Shown: piece by piece, positions 12,636-25,872 of the stretch | How the letters are laid out: every line of letters begins with the position of its first letter | How positions within the stretch are numbered: the first letter of the stretch is position 1 | Source: Protoeuglena noctilucae | Lineage: Eukaryota | Assembly (NCBI GenBank): GCA_958009085.1 | Contig: OY253675.1 | Coordinates: 1,116,001 to 1,180,000, forward strand | DNA length: 64,000 bases | Direction: 5' to 3' | Notes under the pieces: model-generated | What the model was told of the DNA's origin: nothing | The model's database searches: none | The model's input: only the letters and a program-made list of their open reading frames with translations | Made by a program: the position numbers and the translations under genes

Positions 12636-14602
12636 TCACCCCTGCCCGTCCGCCCCCGCCCCCGCCCACCCCACCCTCGCCGCCACCCTCGCCACCACCT
12701 CCCGCACCGCACCCGCACTGGGCGCCCCCGCCTCATCCAGCACACTGCGGCCCTCCTCACCCGCACGGCTGCGAGTTGCAGAAGAGAGAGTAGCATTGTT
12801 GGCATCACCGTCGCTGCTGCTGCAGTGGCACTTGTAACTGTAAAGAGACCCACGCGCAAGCAGGCACATTCAGAGGCACAGCCACCGCCACCAATGATGA
12901 CGCAGCCGCACCACCACTCCCACCCCCACCAGCACCTCACCCCCATTCTCCCACCACCTCCCCATCACATACACCCCGCACCCCTCCTTCCCACCACCAA
13001 CACCAACACCCATCCACCAATACACACCCCCACATCCCCCCTCACCTCATGGCAGGGTCCATGGGCACCCTCCCCAGCATCTCCACATTAAACGCCCCGC
13101 ACATGGCCTCCGCCCCCCTCGGGTCTGCATGAAACACCGGCGCCTCCACCACCAGCGCACCCAGCCCCGCCTTTGCGAGCGCCTCCGCCACCCTCGCTGT
13201 CACGTCCTCCCCCGTTGATGCGTCTCTCAATACCACCCCCGCGGTCGCTGACAGTGGCACGGCCAGTCGTGACATGTTCTCCACCACTCCCACCACCGGC
13301 ATCCCCACCTTGCGGCAGAAGTTGAGCTCCTTGCGCACATCCGCCAGGGCCACCTCCTGTGAGAGTGGGTGGGGCAGGTGTTATCCGTAATATTTAGTTA
13401 ACTGACTATTGATACCAACACAGGCATAGAGGCACCGCACCATCGACACGCTGCTACCCACAAACGTAGTGACCCCATGTCACGTCAGTGTGCTACCCAC
13501 ACACCCTCGCCCCATCTCCCACTACCAGCTACCCTCGCCTGTGGCCCCGTGACGATGATCGCCCCGTCTTTGTCCCCGCACTGCAGGTACTGTGCCAGTG
13601 AGATGTGCTCGTCGGATGTCCCGGGGGGAGAGTCGATGATCAAAAAGTCGAGGGAGCCCCAGTCCACGTCCTTGAGGAACTGGGGAGGGGGATAGGATGG
13701 TACGGTGATGTTGGGATTACCTAGTAAGGTACTGTCGATGTTAACAGCTATAGATATAAGAACCAACGCGCTCCCTTGCACACTGCACATTGCACCGCAT
13801 GAAGCCCTATCCGTCTCATGCCTACTGCATGCCTACCACCCACCACCCGCATCCTCGCCTGCTTGATGAGCCCGTTCTTCCTCGGCCCCCTCCAAATCAC
13901 CGCGTCGTCCTTGGATGGGAGCAGGAACCCGATGGACATGACCGCCAATCGATCGTCGACGTAGACGGGGCTCCACCCGGACCCGCTGCTGTGCACCTCC
14001 TCGCCCTCCAGGCCCATCATCCGGGGAATGGAGGGGCCGCAGATGTCCACGTCCAGCAGACCGACCTGCGCACCCTGCGACGCCAGCGCCAGCGCCAGCT
14101 GCGCCGCGACCGTCGACTTGCCGACGCCGCCCTTGCCGGAAAGCACCAATAGGCGGTGCCGCACCGAGGAGAGACGCGCGGCGGTCGCAGCGGCGTCGGG
14201 GTCGGGGCCTCGCGGGGCCGTAGCGCACGCCACCTGCGGGCGGGCGGGAAGCGGACGCGCGCTGGATTTAACATCTGAAACATGTGAAGCTACTAACGCA
14301 CGAGCGAATGAAAGGGACCGGGCGCGAGATCAGCCACGGAAGCGGCGCGGGCAGCTCGCGCAAGGAGCAAAGCAGCCCCGCCCTCCCTGGGGCGGGTGGA
14401 CGCGCGCAGGTCGGGCCGCCCCGCGGTCTCCCTCCGTCGAGTTAATCTTTCGCATTCTCCAGCGCTCGACGACTCGCCACACGCGCACCTGGTTGGGGCA
14501 CCCTTCACACGCTGCTGCGCGCCCCGCCTCGTCCGACCCCGTGCCGGGGCAGTGGGCCGGGGCGTTCTCCGGCACGTCCACTCGCTCTCCGTTGGGCTGC
14601 AT
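12636..14602 (-). CDS. NBP35: Cytosolic Fe-S cluster assembly factor NBP35/NUBP1 (P-loop NTPase), 5 exons
   Basis: N-terminal [19 protein letters not shown] cysteine motif, [72 protein letters not shown]. Confidence 0.97.
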
Positions 14603-15108
14603 GCTGCCCAGTCAGTGAGGCGGGCGAAATCTGCTCAGCATGTACTCCAGGAGACCAGAATTGACGATATCGTGCCCGCTCACGCCTAACGCCCGCGACC
14701 TCAATGCTTCAGGTGGATGTCAGACTCATGCACGATGCGGCCGGGCCGATGGGCTTACGTCAAATGCATGTGTCACTGGCGCAGCTCGGCGCTGAACTTC
14801 CCGGGTCGGTCGAACAGCCACCCGGCCCACCGGCTCGCGCAGACATTTCCTAAGTCGATGATACGGCTGCGCGACCGCCACTGATCGCAAAACTAGGGCT
14901 AGCGCGCCGCGCAGGGCTGTGTGGTGATCATCTGTGCCCTCGCATGCGCGCGGGGTCCGTGCGCGCTTGGCGGGCCGCCCCCCGGCAGTGATTTGCAGCG
15001 ATGGCGATGGCGATGACGAGGGGCCGCGCCGATAGGCCGTCCGATAGAACGGACTTTGCGTGGGATTTTAGTAAAGTTGATCGATGGGTTGACGGCAAAC
15101 ACTCCGCG

Positions 15109-18100
15109 ATGGATCCCAAAGGCCTCATGTGAGTCTGGATTTGCAGCCCCTGCCTGCACGCACAACGATGGTCACAACGATAGCCCGGCCGCGCGCCGCG
15201 GGCCCCGTGAGTGTGCGTCACTGCGCCCTTCCGCCCGCAGCGTGATTGCGCGCCCCCAGGAGGACGTGCCGCTCTCGGAGGACGACGTTATCGAGAAACT
15301 GAAGACGTACATTCAGGCGAGCGACTGCTAGGGCGCACTTCGCGCGCGAGGGTGCAAGGGGCGCCCCCAGGCGGATCCACGCTCGCTTCCGGCCCCGCGG
15401 CGCGTGTTCTCCCGGTTGCTTTCCGCAAATCCAATCATTTGCGGACGATCGGTGATACGCGGCGTGTCACGCAGCGATGGGGCCTCTGCGGGCCCGAGGA
15501 GAAGCGCGGTTTGGACGCAATGATGGGGGCCGTGTCTGCGGCCGCGAAGAAGACGTGGGACGACGCTTTGAGGCGCGTCCGGGCCGACATGTCCAAGGAC
15601 GCGACGACGAGCGGCCGGAGAACGCGCGGAGGGCTGGAGGGCGCGTCCCCGGCGAGTACCCGTCCCTGCGTGGCCCGCTTTGACCGACCCGCGGTGCGCG
15701 ACCTGATGCCCGATCCTCCTGGCGCGCTCTTTGCAGGTCTCTGATGCCATTCGCACGCTGCTGCGCGACGCCGGCTGGCGCGCGGTCAGCGGCGCGGCGT
15801 GGCAGGCCTTCGCAAGTGCACCCTGCCCGGCGGACGTCTGCGTGATGGCGCGCGGGGTCGTCGAACGGCGCGAAACGGGACTCTTCCTTTTGCAGAAGCT
15901 CGCGATCGTGGCGCGACGCTGCGCGGGCCTCCTGGCGTCCCCCGGGGGCGGCGCCGCGGCTGCGGCTTTGGCGGTCGGCGCAACCCGCATCTCGCGGCTC
16001 CCCGCCCGCGCCGCGCTGGCCACCGCCCTCTTATTCGCGTGTCTGTGGGCTGCGGCCGCGGCCGCGTGCGTTGCGGCCCTCTCGGCGGCTGTCCGGTGGT
16101 GCCTGCACCGCAAGCGTTCCGCATCTGCCCTCTCCACCCTTGGCCAAAACAGCGGCGGTGTCCGCGCCGTGGGTTTCTTCTCCGGCGATCCCCGCGACCT
16201 CCCCGGCACCTGCGCCTTCGTCGCCTCCTCCCTCGACGCCCAGTGCCCGTGAGTAGCCATGTCACGCCATGCACCACCACCACGCACGCGCATAGCATCA
16301 GAGGCTAGGATGAGCGGCTATGGGCTGGTTGTCGTGACAACCACGCCCGCCTCTGTTACGTTGCATCACGCCCGTCCCTTGTGTGTGCACCATCGACTAG
16401 TGACCGGCTGCTAGCAAGTCACGGCCATGCTATACTAACCCCTCCTCTGCTGTGCCCCTGCAGGTCTCTCCTCAGCGCCCTCCTGGCCCTCCTCTCCCCC
16501 TCCATCGTCACCGACGCAGTGCTCGTCGATCCCGTCATCCTCCTGACAGGGCCCTCGGCGCGCGCCGCCCACCGCGCCGCCGCTGGTGCCACCGACCCCG
16601 CCACCACCTCTACTGCTCTCCTCAACGCCCCCTTCCTGCCCACCCCGGCCGCCTGGACCGCCGCCCCCGCGCGATCGCTGCTCCGAATCGCCGCGTTGCT
16701 GTCATCGGCGCCCTCGCCATCGGCACGCCCCTCCTCAGGCGCCCTGCGTCAGATACGCAACGCTGCCGCCGCCCCGCTGCATGGCGACGAGGGTGCCGGG
16801 CCATGGGAGCTGTTCGAGGGGAGGTCCGATTCCGATGCTACCAAATCGGACGCGGATGGGGACGCCACCACGGATCGAACCGTGGACTCCCGGGCGGGCA
16901 GCTCATCGCACGAGTCGCTGGCCTACTCGGCGCCACGATCATCAACAGCCCCGTCCGTCCGGTCGGGTCCCGCCGCGATGGCGTCGAGTGACTTCGCGGC
17001 GCTGGCGCCGACGTGGCTGGCGGCGGGGGGGGCGCGGGCGCTGGCGGGGAGGGCGGCCGCCCAAGACGCGAGGCGTGCCGCGTTGGCGTACGCAGCGCTG
17101 CTGGAGGGGGCGGCGCGGCACCGACCAACACCCGTCGCGCGCAAGGCGGGGGCCCGGGGCGACGCCGGGACTGCCAGCCACACCCGCACGCGCGGGGCTG
17201 CGGGGGAGGGGGCGGAGATGCGCGACCAAGCTGTGGGGGAGGCGGTGGATGGGGATGGGAAGAGGGAAAGCTCGCGGACGGCGACGTGGCGGGGAGGGGA
17301 CGCGGCGGGACCCGAGAGGGGCGCGGGGGGGGTGTTGCGGTGGGTGGGGCCGGGCACAGCGAGGGCAGTGCTGGGTGCGCTGACGGGGCTGGGTGCGGGG
17401 GAGGTGGGGGGTGTGTCGGGGGGAGGGGACGACGCGACGGCGGCGGTGGATGCGGTGCTGGGCGGGGAGGGGGACAGGAGGGCAGGGGGGGCGGGGAAGG
17501 TGACTGGTGGGAGGGGTATGGATAGTGTTGGGAGAATGTTCATTGCTGACTTGAATTAAAGCTGGTTGATCGTGAATACGATATTGAACATGTCCCTGGT
17601 CCTCTCTCCTTCTCTCCGCAGCCCGCTTGGTTTGCCCGCTCGCGTGGCGTGGCGGCAGAGGTGGAGCGGGTGCTGCTGCGGCGGTCGTGGCTGGGAGGGT
17701 CGCACCTGAGGGCGCTCGAGGGACTCTATATGGGGACCAGCCGAGGTGACGAGCGCTTTTTTGCATAGAGTATTGGGACTTGGCATGGGTGGCTGTCGAG
17801 GTGACGATGGTATGCACTGTAGAGAATGAGGAGCTTTGACAAAAATCGCCAGCGCCATTCTCTCTCCGCAGCCGTGGTGGGCCACGCGCTTTCCGCGGAC
17901 GTGGCTGCCGTGGCGAGGACCCTGGTGCGGGCCGGGGTGGCCAGGAGGGCGCAGATTGAGGCAATCGACACGGCGTGCAACCTGCAGGCGAGGGGCGCGC
18001 GGGGAGGCGCGCGGAGCGATTGGAAATGTACAAACTGAGTATAAGTATACCGCAATGGAGTTTCACGGGCCGTTTCGACTTGTTGACGTAGATTGGCCCA

Positions 18101-18215
18101 TGTGCAATTTGCTCATCGCCTTTTGATCGTCTCTCGGTGTCTGCAGACGCTCGACGTGGGCCTGGAGCCCCTGGCGCCCGCGTCACTGGCCTCGCGGAGA
18201 CGCAAGGGGGAGTGA
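15109..18215 (+). CDS. Hypothetical multi-exon protein with a hydrophobic segment; family not recognised
   Basis: Chain of open exons with plausible splice sites: EDVPLSEDDVIEKLKTYIQ, VSDAIRTLLRDAGW..ALATALLFACLWAAAAAACVAALSAAVRW, SLLSALLALLSP.., PAWFARSRGVAAEVERVLLRRSWLGG.., TLDVGLEPLAP..KGE*. No motif recognised. Confidence 0.55.
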
Positions 18216-18473
18216 TGACGAGGTTGAGAAGGACATTGTGATTGGACATAGTATCGTTCCCTGTCGTGCACTCGAGTCTCACTTTTACCACAGGCGTGCA
18301 CTTTCCTCTCCATTCAAACAGCGATGCGCATCGCCATTTGAATTGACGATCTCTACGAACAGCAGCGCAGTGGTGCAGAAGGCTGAGAAGGTGCAAGCAC
18401 TATGTGGCGAGGCGCACACGACAACTGGGCTCTGCTGCTATCCAGATACACGCAGCATGCTTGCCGCGTCTCG

Positions 18474-21400
18474 TCACTCCGCCCCGCCCGCCCTGGCCGT
18501 CTGTGGCCGCGTGGACGACATGGGCCGCATGGTCATGAGCGCCGACTTCGCCACATCTGAGAGTCGACGGACGGTGGGGGGCAGTGCTAATGACATTAAT
18601 GGCTGCAAGCGAGTGTACGTGTGGCACTCCCACACCACAACACACATGCACAACAGCACCACTACTCATCCCTCACCCACGTCAACGCTCCTCCCGCTCC
18701 CCGCCGTCCTCGGCCTCCCCTCGGTGACAGGCGGTGGCCCCCTCCCCGGCATCAGCTGGCTGTCGCGGCGACGGGCAGCCTCCAACGCCACCTAAAGAGG
18801 GAAGGGGGGTAAGGCGATCGTGTCACAGGTAAGGAGGGTGGCGACGGCAGCTGGGATGGAGCGATCATATCACAGTCGATAAGGGTGGCAACAGCTGGGG
18901 AGATCTACCAGCGGCACAGACAACAACCAACAACACACACCACCCACCACCACCACACGCCACCCCCCTCCCCCCACCTGCAGCTCCCTCTTCTGCCTCC
19001 TCTCCTCCTTCAGCTTCTCCCTATATCTCTTGACGTCCTCCTCCAGTCCCCGGATGTACTGCACCGTGGGCAGACTGGCCAGCTCACTCAACACCGCATG
19101 TCCCGCCGACGGCCGCCCGTCGTCACCCCCACCCGGCGACGCAGCGCCCCTGTCTCTGTTAGCATCTCTGTCTCTGTCCTTGGCTCTGTCGATGTCAGCC
19201 GGGGTGGGTGCGGGGGTGGTGCCGGGTGCGTGGGTGGGGACGCCCGGGGTGAGCACGATGCGGCGGGGGGAGGGGGGGGGGGCTGGGGGGGCTGCGGGGG
19301 TGAGGAGGTAGGTGATGCATGGGTACGTGGTGCAGGTGGGGAGTTAGTCAGTAATGCACTGTCTTGTGCACACTCATACCCATGCACTGTCACACACGCA
19401 CAAACACCCAAGGACACCCATACACCCACCCCCATGCCCATCCATCTCTCCTCTCACCGCACGAGTGCCGTGGCTGCGATGGCCTCCGCGATGGCGGGCC
19501 TCATGGCGGCGGCGGTCGATGCGGCGGAGAGGGCGCGGGCGTGGCAGTCGAGGGGGTCACCCTCTGACAGCGACGTCAACGATGACAGGAGGGACTGGGC
19601 CTGGGGGGTGAGGTGGCGGTGGAGGGAGAGGGACTGGTGGAGCAGGGAACTGGGGGGGAGGGGGGAAAGGGGGTGGGTGGTGGCGTGTTGTGACACAGAT
19701 GGGACCATCCATGCCACCTCTGCTGCTATTGCAAGAGATCCCATTACAAACACCCACACACACTCACCAGGCACACACCCAACCACCCACTAACCCACAC
19801 ACACTCACCCCACCACCTCGGCTGCCCTGGCGATGGCCCCCGCCGCGTCTCTGGTCTGACGCAGCTCCACCCCCACGGCCGTCTTCTCCGCACGGATCTG
19901 GAATGAGAGAAAAGGGTCGATTGATGTTAGTTGCGATGACATGGAACGATGAGTACCCCTGGCACTCCTTGCTATCTCTCTGTATCCACTCTTCACCCTT
20001 CCACCCCTCACCTGCGCGATCACTCCCTGGTACTCCTTGTCCTTCTGCGTCAGCTGCGTCTGCGTCTTGGCCTCCAAGTCAGACACCACCTTGGCATACT
20101 GGGAATGCACGGCTTTCAATGCAGCCTCCTGTCGACTCGACAGAGATGCCTCGAGAGACTCGCGTCGGGTGCGCTCCTGGGCGGCGATGTGGTCGCGGAG
20201 GTCGCAGGCCGTGGGCTGAGAGGGGAGGGGAGAGGGAGGGGGTGGGGTGGTGGGTATGAAATTGAAACGAACATGGGGTGCAATGGGGTTGTGAGTACGC
20301 TGGCGGTGGGCTGAGCTTGCAAGAGTCATCGCATCCCATCGCATCTCACCACCATCGCCGCCAGCTGCGCCAGTCTCTCCGCCAGTTTGTCGTTCTCCCT
20401 CCGCAGACGCGCGATCTCCTGCACGTGCGTCTCCGTGGCCCTGGGGGGGGGGGTTGGGAGGGAGAGAACGGGTGATGGAGAGCATACGGAGTTTGGGTAC
20501 TATGACCACCAAACCCCGTCCACTCTGCACCCCCAATGCCACATACAATTAATGCACCCCTCTCCGTGACTGTGACTGTCCCTACCCACACCCCCCTTCA
20601 AACCACACACTCACCTGCGTATGGCCTCGACCGTGAGCGTCTTGACCCTCCCCTGCTCTTCTTCCATGGCCACGATGCGCGCCTGCATTCTACCAGATGC
20701 CATCGCGTGGTCCGCCTCCTCCTCACGCTGCCGGGTGCGGGCCTTCACCGCGTCCTTCTCCGCTGCCACGCGGGCGGCGGCCTCCTGCATTGCGGGGGAG
20801 GGAGGAGAGGGGGTGAGTTGCGTGCATGTGTGCATGGAGTGAAGGCATGGGAGGGGTGGGGGGGTTGGAGAGGTCGGTGCATGCATGCTCGCCTTCTTGG
20901 CCCTCTCTGCTAATTGTCAACATGCATATACCTCATCATGCCCTACTCGCCTTCTTGGCCCTCTCCATGGCCTGCGCCAACGCCTCCTGCGCCCCCTCCA
21001 CCTCCCTCTCTAGGTCCCTGACGCGCTCCTCCAGCGCCAGAAACTCGTCGTCCCTCTTTGCGGAGCTGGCCGTGGGGCGGGGGCCCTTCGGGCGGCCGCC
21101 TGGGGGTACGGGGGGGTGGGGGTGGCAGTGAGGGTGGTTAGCAGTGAGGGTGGCAGGGTGGCAGTGAGGGTGGGTGACAGTGAGGGTGGCTAACAGTGGG
21201 GTGGCAGTGGGGGTGGCAGCGGGGGTGGCAGTGAGGGTGGTTAACAGTGAGGGTGGCAGGGTGGCAGTGAGGGTGGCATTGAGGGCGGCAGTGGGGGTGG
21301 TGTTGAGGGTGACAGTGAGGGTGAAGGTAGTAGTGAGGATGAGGGTAGCAGTGGGCATGGTGGCACTAGGAAGCGTTATCATGCTCTCCCACCCATCACC

Positions 21401-24400
21401 ACCACTCTACTCTCTCACCTGCCCCCTTGGCCGCGTCCCTGGCCTGCTGGGCAATCTGCACCAGCTTGGTCCTCAGAACGTCCGCACCCGCACCCATGCC
21501 ACCCGCCTGCGAGCGACACAGGGGAACAATGGCACTGAGATTTAGTCATTTGTGCTAACGAATGCGTTCATGAGACTCAGATCGTAATATTGCAACCGTT
21601 GGGCTGGTGCAATGGACGCACTCCATTGCCATGTCGCACTGTGCTTGTCATCACTCACACCTCCATGCCATTCATCTCATCCCATCACAACACCCCATTC
21701 ATTCACACCTGCATGCTCTCCATGACTTTTTGGTAGTGGGCGTGCACCCCCTCCACCTCCGCCACGGCGTCTTCTAGCTCCGCACCCAGGTCATCCACCT
21801 GGCCCTGCAGCTTCAGGATAATGCCCTCCAGCTCCTCGATGTAGTCGGCCGTGTCCTGCTCCGAGGCACTGCAACCGGGTGGGGGAGATGGGGGGGGGAG
21901 ATGGGGCAGAGGTGGGTGGGGGAGATGGTAACGAGATGGTGATCACAGTCATCACCCAGATGGATTGGCACTCGCATGACTGCCATGAACACCCGTACGC
22001 AGACTCTCACCCCGTGATGCCCGCCATGGGCGTGGCCTTGATGGACTTGCACCTCTGTGCGAAGTAGAGGGTGTTGACGCTCTCATCCACGTTGGTCTTG
22101 GATAAATCAATGTTGGCGATGACGGTGATGAGGGCATTGCCGGCCAGGCTGTCCTTGAGCACACGGGTGAGCTTGGAGTCACTGGGGGGAGAGAACGCAG
22201 GGCGGCTTGGCTTGGGTTGCAGCAACGCAGGGGATGCTCGTATGCTGAACTGCAGCATGTTGTCCATCCATCCATCCACCAATCTGCAGTCTGCCACTCA
22301 GCACAGATGATGCAGTCACTGCATCGCCCCTTGTGACCCGTCCCCCTCCCCTCTCGTCACCGGTACGGCACGTGGATGTCGGGCTTCTCCGGCAGCTGGC
22401 TGAGCGCCAGCACGACCTTGGCCAGTGCGGACAGCGAGGTGTTGATGTGCACGGCCTCCTTGAACCGCTGCCCCTCGGAGTGGGACTTCTTGATGCGCTC
22501 GCTCCCCGCCAGGTCCACCATGTTGATGCGGCCCACGATGGGGGCCTGCTTGCTCATCGACACCGTCACTGCGATTGTTAAGAAAGAGGGGCCTGCTTGC
22601 TCATGGAGACCGTCACTGCGAGTGATGGGGCAGAGATGGGTCTGCTTGCTCATGGAGACCGTCACTGCGAGTGATGGGGCAGAGATGGGTCTGCTTGCTC
22701 ATGGAGACCGTCACTGCGATGGAGGGGGTGAGGGAGATGGGGTATGTGAGATGGGGTGTGCTACAGCGGTGGGGTGGGTGGGCAGAGCAACCAAGGTGTG
22801 CCCAGTCAGTTACAATGAGCGTGGCTGCTGCTGTGTCGCCCCCACTACTGCCGCACAGTGCCACAAATCATCACCACTCTGCCCCCATCGCCCCCCATGC
22901 TCATGCACCCCCCGCCCCTCGCCTGTGATGGTGAAGACGGTGTGGGACCGTGAGGACGCCTGGTTGAGGTTGGTCTCCTTGGTGGTCCTCAGCGCCACGC
23001 CAGCCGCGATGATGTCCAGGATCTCGTCCAACTGATCCACGTCGATCTCCGTCAAGCCACGCACAAACGTCGAGCCCTGGGGGGTGAGCGGGGGGGGGTG
23101 AGGGATGACGGTGGCGGTCATATGGGGTACACAAGGTAGCAACGGTAAAGACAGTGTGATACGATGCGAAGAATAGACGCCGTGAGCAAGCAACATCCAT
23201 CCCAGACACAGCACACCTCCCTCTCCCATACCACCACCATCATCACAGCCATCCTCACCTGCCCCCCCTGCGTCGCGGGCGCCCCCTGTCCCTGCTGGTA
23301 GTCCATGATCTCCAGGCTCTGCCTCTCGTACTCCCACAGGGGGTCCCCCGGGCCGCCCCGCGTGAAGGGCGGCCGGGAGCGCCTCAGCTCGTGGCACTTG
23401 GCGCTGGTCACTGGCACATTAAGCAGGTCCGCGTACGTGTAGGCGATGCCCAGGTCACTGCGAGTGCGGGGAGGGGCAGTGGTTACAGGATCGAACCTCC
23501 TCACCGTATGATGGTGTAGCGTATGACAGCGTATGCTGTTGTTGTCATTGCACAGACCCTGCCTGCCGCTCGCTCGCTCGCTTCTCACCGAATGTTGTCG
23601 TTGTACAGTTCCAGAAACTGGCACGTGAGCTTGACCTTGCCCGTGCCCGACTGGTTGACTTGCTCGGCGCGGCTCAGCAAATGCATCACGAGGCTGCGAG
23701 GGGCAACGGGGAGAGGGAGAGGGACATGAGGGGTGTGATGGGAGCATGGCGAGGGTGCGAACAAAAACAGCATGTCGCTCAGCCAACGGTGGCGCCGGCA
23801 GGACCGGCCATGACACCCTGTTTGCGACCATATCTACCCCCGCCCCCGCTCTGCATGCCCCCGCCATGCCTCCCCGCCCCCTCAATCATCACCGTGGAAT
23901 GATGCCGCGGTGTTCGATGGACTCGTCTCCGTACATCGAGTACGTCTTCCCCGACCCCGTCTGCCCGTAGGCGAAGCAGCACGACGAGAAGCCCTGCATG
24001 GCGTGGTCCGCGAGGGGCCGGCCGATGCGGTCGTAGACGTCCTGCTGCGAGGCGCGCTCGTCGAAAATGCGATCGAAGGAGAACTGGAGACTCCGGGGAA
24101 TTGGATTCTGCTCCGTCATCGGCATCCTGCGCGCGGAGAAGGGCGAGAGAGCAGGTTGCATGGAAGCCCACCCGGCGGCGCCGTGGGGATTGCGGAGGGC
24201 CGGGGAGAGCAACGTGCGCGCACCTCAAGAGCATTTGCTTGCCGCGGACCACGCACGACGCCCGGTCCGCGTATGGGGCCATCGGGCGGATGCGAACGGC
24301 CACGACCACCGGGTCCTGCCTCTCATCGGACTCCTGAGGGCAGCGACGAGCGGCGCGGGATCCGCGGCAAGCAAATTGGAGTTGAAACCGACTGGTGAGA

Positions 24401-24612
24401 TCAGAGCGCGGCCAACTGAAGGCTCCCAAGCGACGGGGCGGCACGAGTGCATGTCCCTGCGAGACTCGGCAGCGTTGCGAAGAGCCGACAGGGCGTGCGA
24501 GCCGAAAAAGGACCGACGACGGGCATGTCACAGTTTACGTGACGCCGCTCGCGCTCACGGGCAGCGGTTCCGGCGACAGCCCCGTCTTGGGGGCGGCGTC
24601 CGGCGCCGACAT
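18474..24612 (-). CDS. Kinesin motor protein (N-terminal motor, long C-terminal coiled coil); intact copy
   Basis: VVVAVRIRP, FSFDRIF, FAYGQTGSGKTYSM, QFLELYNDNIRDL, TNLNQASSRSHTVFTI, MVDLAGSER, HINTSLSAL, HVPYRDSKLTRVLKDSLAGN, ESVNTLYFAQR; coiled-coil exons continue to TGA at 18474. The start MSAPDAAPK at 24612 is inferred from splice phase. Confidence 0.93.
22589..22719. repeat. 49-bp tandem repeat in a kinesin intron, derived from the exon acceptor region
   Basis: Unit ctgcttgctcatggagaccgtcactgcgagtgatggggcagagatgggt; three acceptor-like copies here versus two at ~37635-37717. Confidence 0.9.
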
Positions 24613-25237
24613 GCTGGAGCGGGGAGCCCCCGCCGGGGCCGGACCGGCGCCCGCGGCGCAGCGCGCGCTCTCTCCGACGAAGCAGACTGCCCTTGCGTGT
24701 CCTCGTCCTCAATGGCTCTCTGTGCCGGCGCGGCGCGAGGCCCAAGTGTGCGATGGAAGGCGAGGTTGTTGCGCGACGAGCGCTGGAGAAGACGCCCGGG
24801 GAGGATGCGCTGCGAAGAAGATATCGAAGTGGCGATCGCCAGATGCAGCTCCTGGGCATCAAAGCCAGACGCCGAGGCGGCTGGCTCCGGTGCCCTACCC
24901 AGCGGTCAGCGAATGACCCGGAAAGAAGAGGCTATACATCGGCGCCACCATCGCACAAGCAGCCACTCCGTCCGCACATTCCGCACGCGGCGCGTCCGCG
25001 CACACCGAGCCCCTCGGCGCGGGGCTTGGGATGCTAACAACAACACTCGCGCCGTGCCCCCGCGCGTGGCCCGCTGAGCCTCGCCTTCCGCTCTGCGCTT
25101 CGTTCGCGTGTTGCCGTCCTCGCCACCGCGTGCTGCCCCGCGCTGTCAAGGATTCGCGTCAGCCCGGTCCTCGTCACGTTGCGAAGCCCGTCGCATCCCC
25201 GCGCGCCCCCGCGGCGGCCGCGAGCGACGAAGCTGCC

Positions 25238-25872
25238 ATGCGGTTCTACGGCTGTTACCTTCTCCAGTCCCTCCATCCACGCGGGAAGAACCGGACGTAC
25301 ATCGGTGCGCGGCGAGGGGGACTGTTGCTGTCGTCGCAGCGTGCGACAGCTGCGTGCAACTCGGCGCATCCCACCTCGCGCGCAGGCTTCACCGTGAATC
25401 CTCTGCGGCGCATCCGGCAGCACAACGGCGAGGTATCCAACGGCGCGCACCGCACCCGCGCCTGGCGGCCCTGGGAGACGGTGCTGGTGGTGCACGGCTT
25501 CCCCACCAAGGCAAGGGACGAGATGGTGGTGTATTTAGGGTGTATAGTAGCACTATGTGGGACAGACACCGCATGCGTGTGCATACCATCTATGGGTATG
25601 CCTGCGTGTCTATACTCCACTGGCTGTCCATGCAATCACCGACATCCACGCAGCATCGCACCTGGCGCATTGTGCATAACAACCCACGCTCTCCTCTCCC
25701 CCCTCCCTCAGATCCACGCCCTGCAGTTCGAGTGGGCGTGGCAGCACCCCACCCGTCCTGCAGTCTGGGCACCTCCTGGCTGCAGTGCAGGTGCGGGGCC
25801 ACGGGCCACGTGGGCTGCCTGGCGAGGGCGTTTCTGGCAGAGCCCGACGATGCCAGTGGTCTGCCAGAACAG
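25238..25872 (+). pseudogene. SLX1: SLX1 pseudogene (internally deleted, frameshifted duplicate)
   Basis: GIY-YIG exons are present up to [10 protein letters not shown], then join directly and out of frame to the RING-region fragment ([17 protein letters not shown]); ~1.2 kb of the intact copy (40746-41940) and all later exons are missing. Confidence 0.85.

Noticed and set aside
22589..22719. CRISPR-like array
   Set aside because: The units are identical tandem copies with no unique spacers, derive from the neighbouring exon, and lie in a eukaryotic intron with no cas genes.
25238..25872. GIY-YIG nuclease as a homing endonuclease or Penelope element mobilising the island
   Set aside because: It is a broken copy of cellular SLX1 with the same introns as the intact gene; no reverse transcriptase, transposase or integrase is present.
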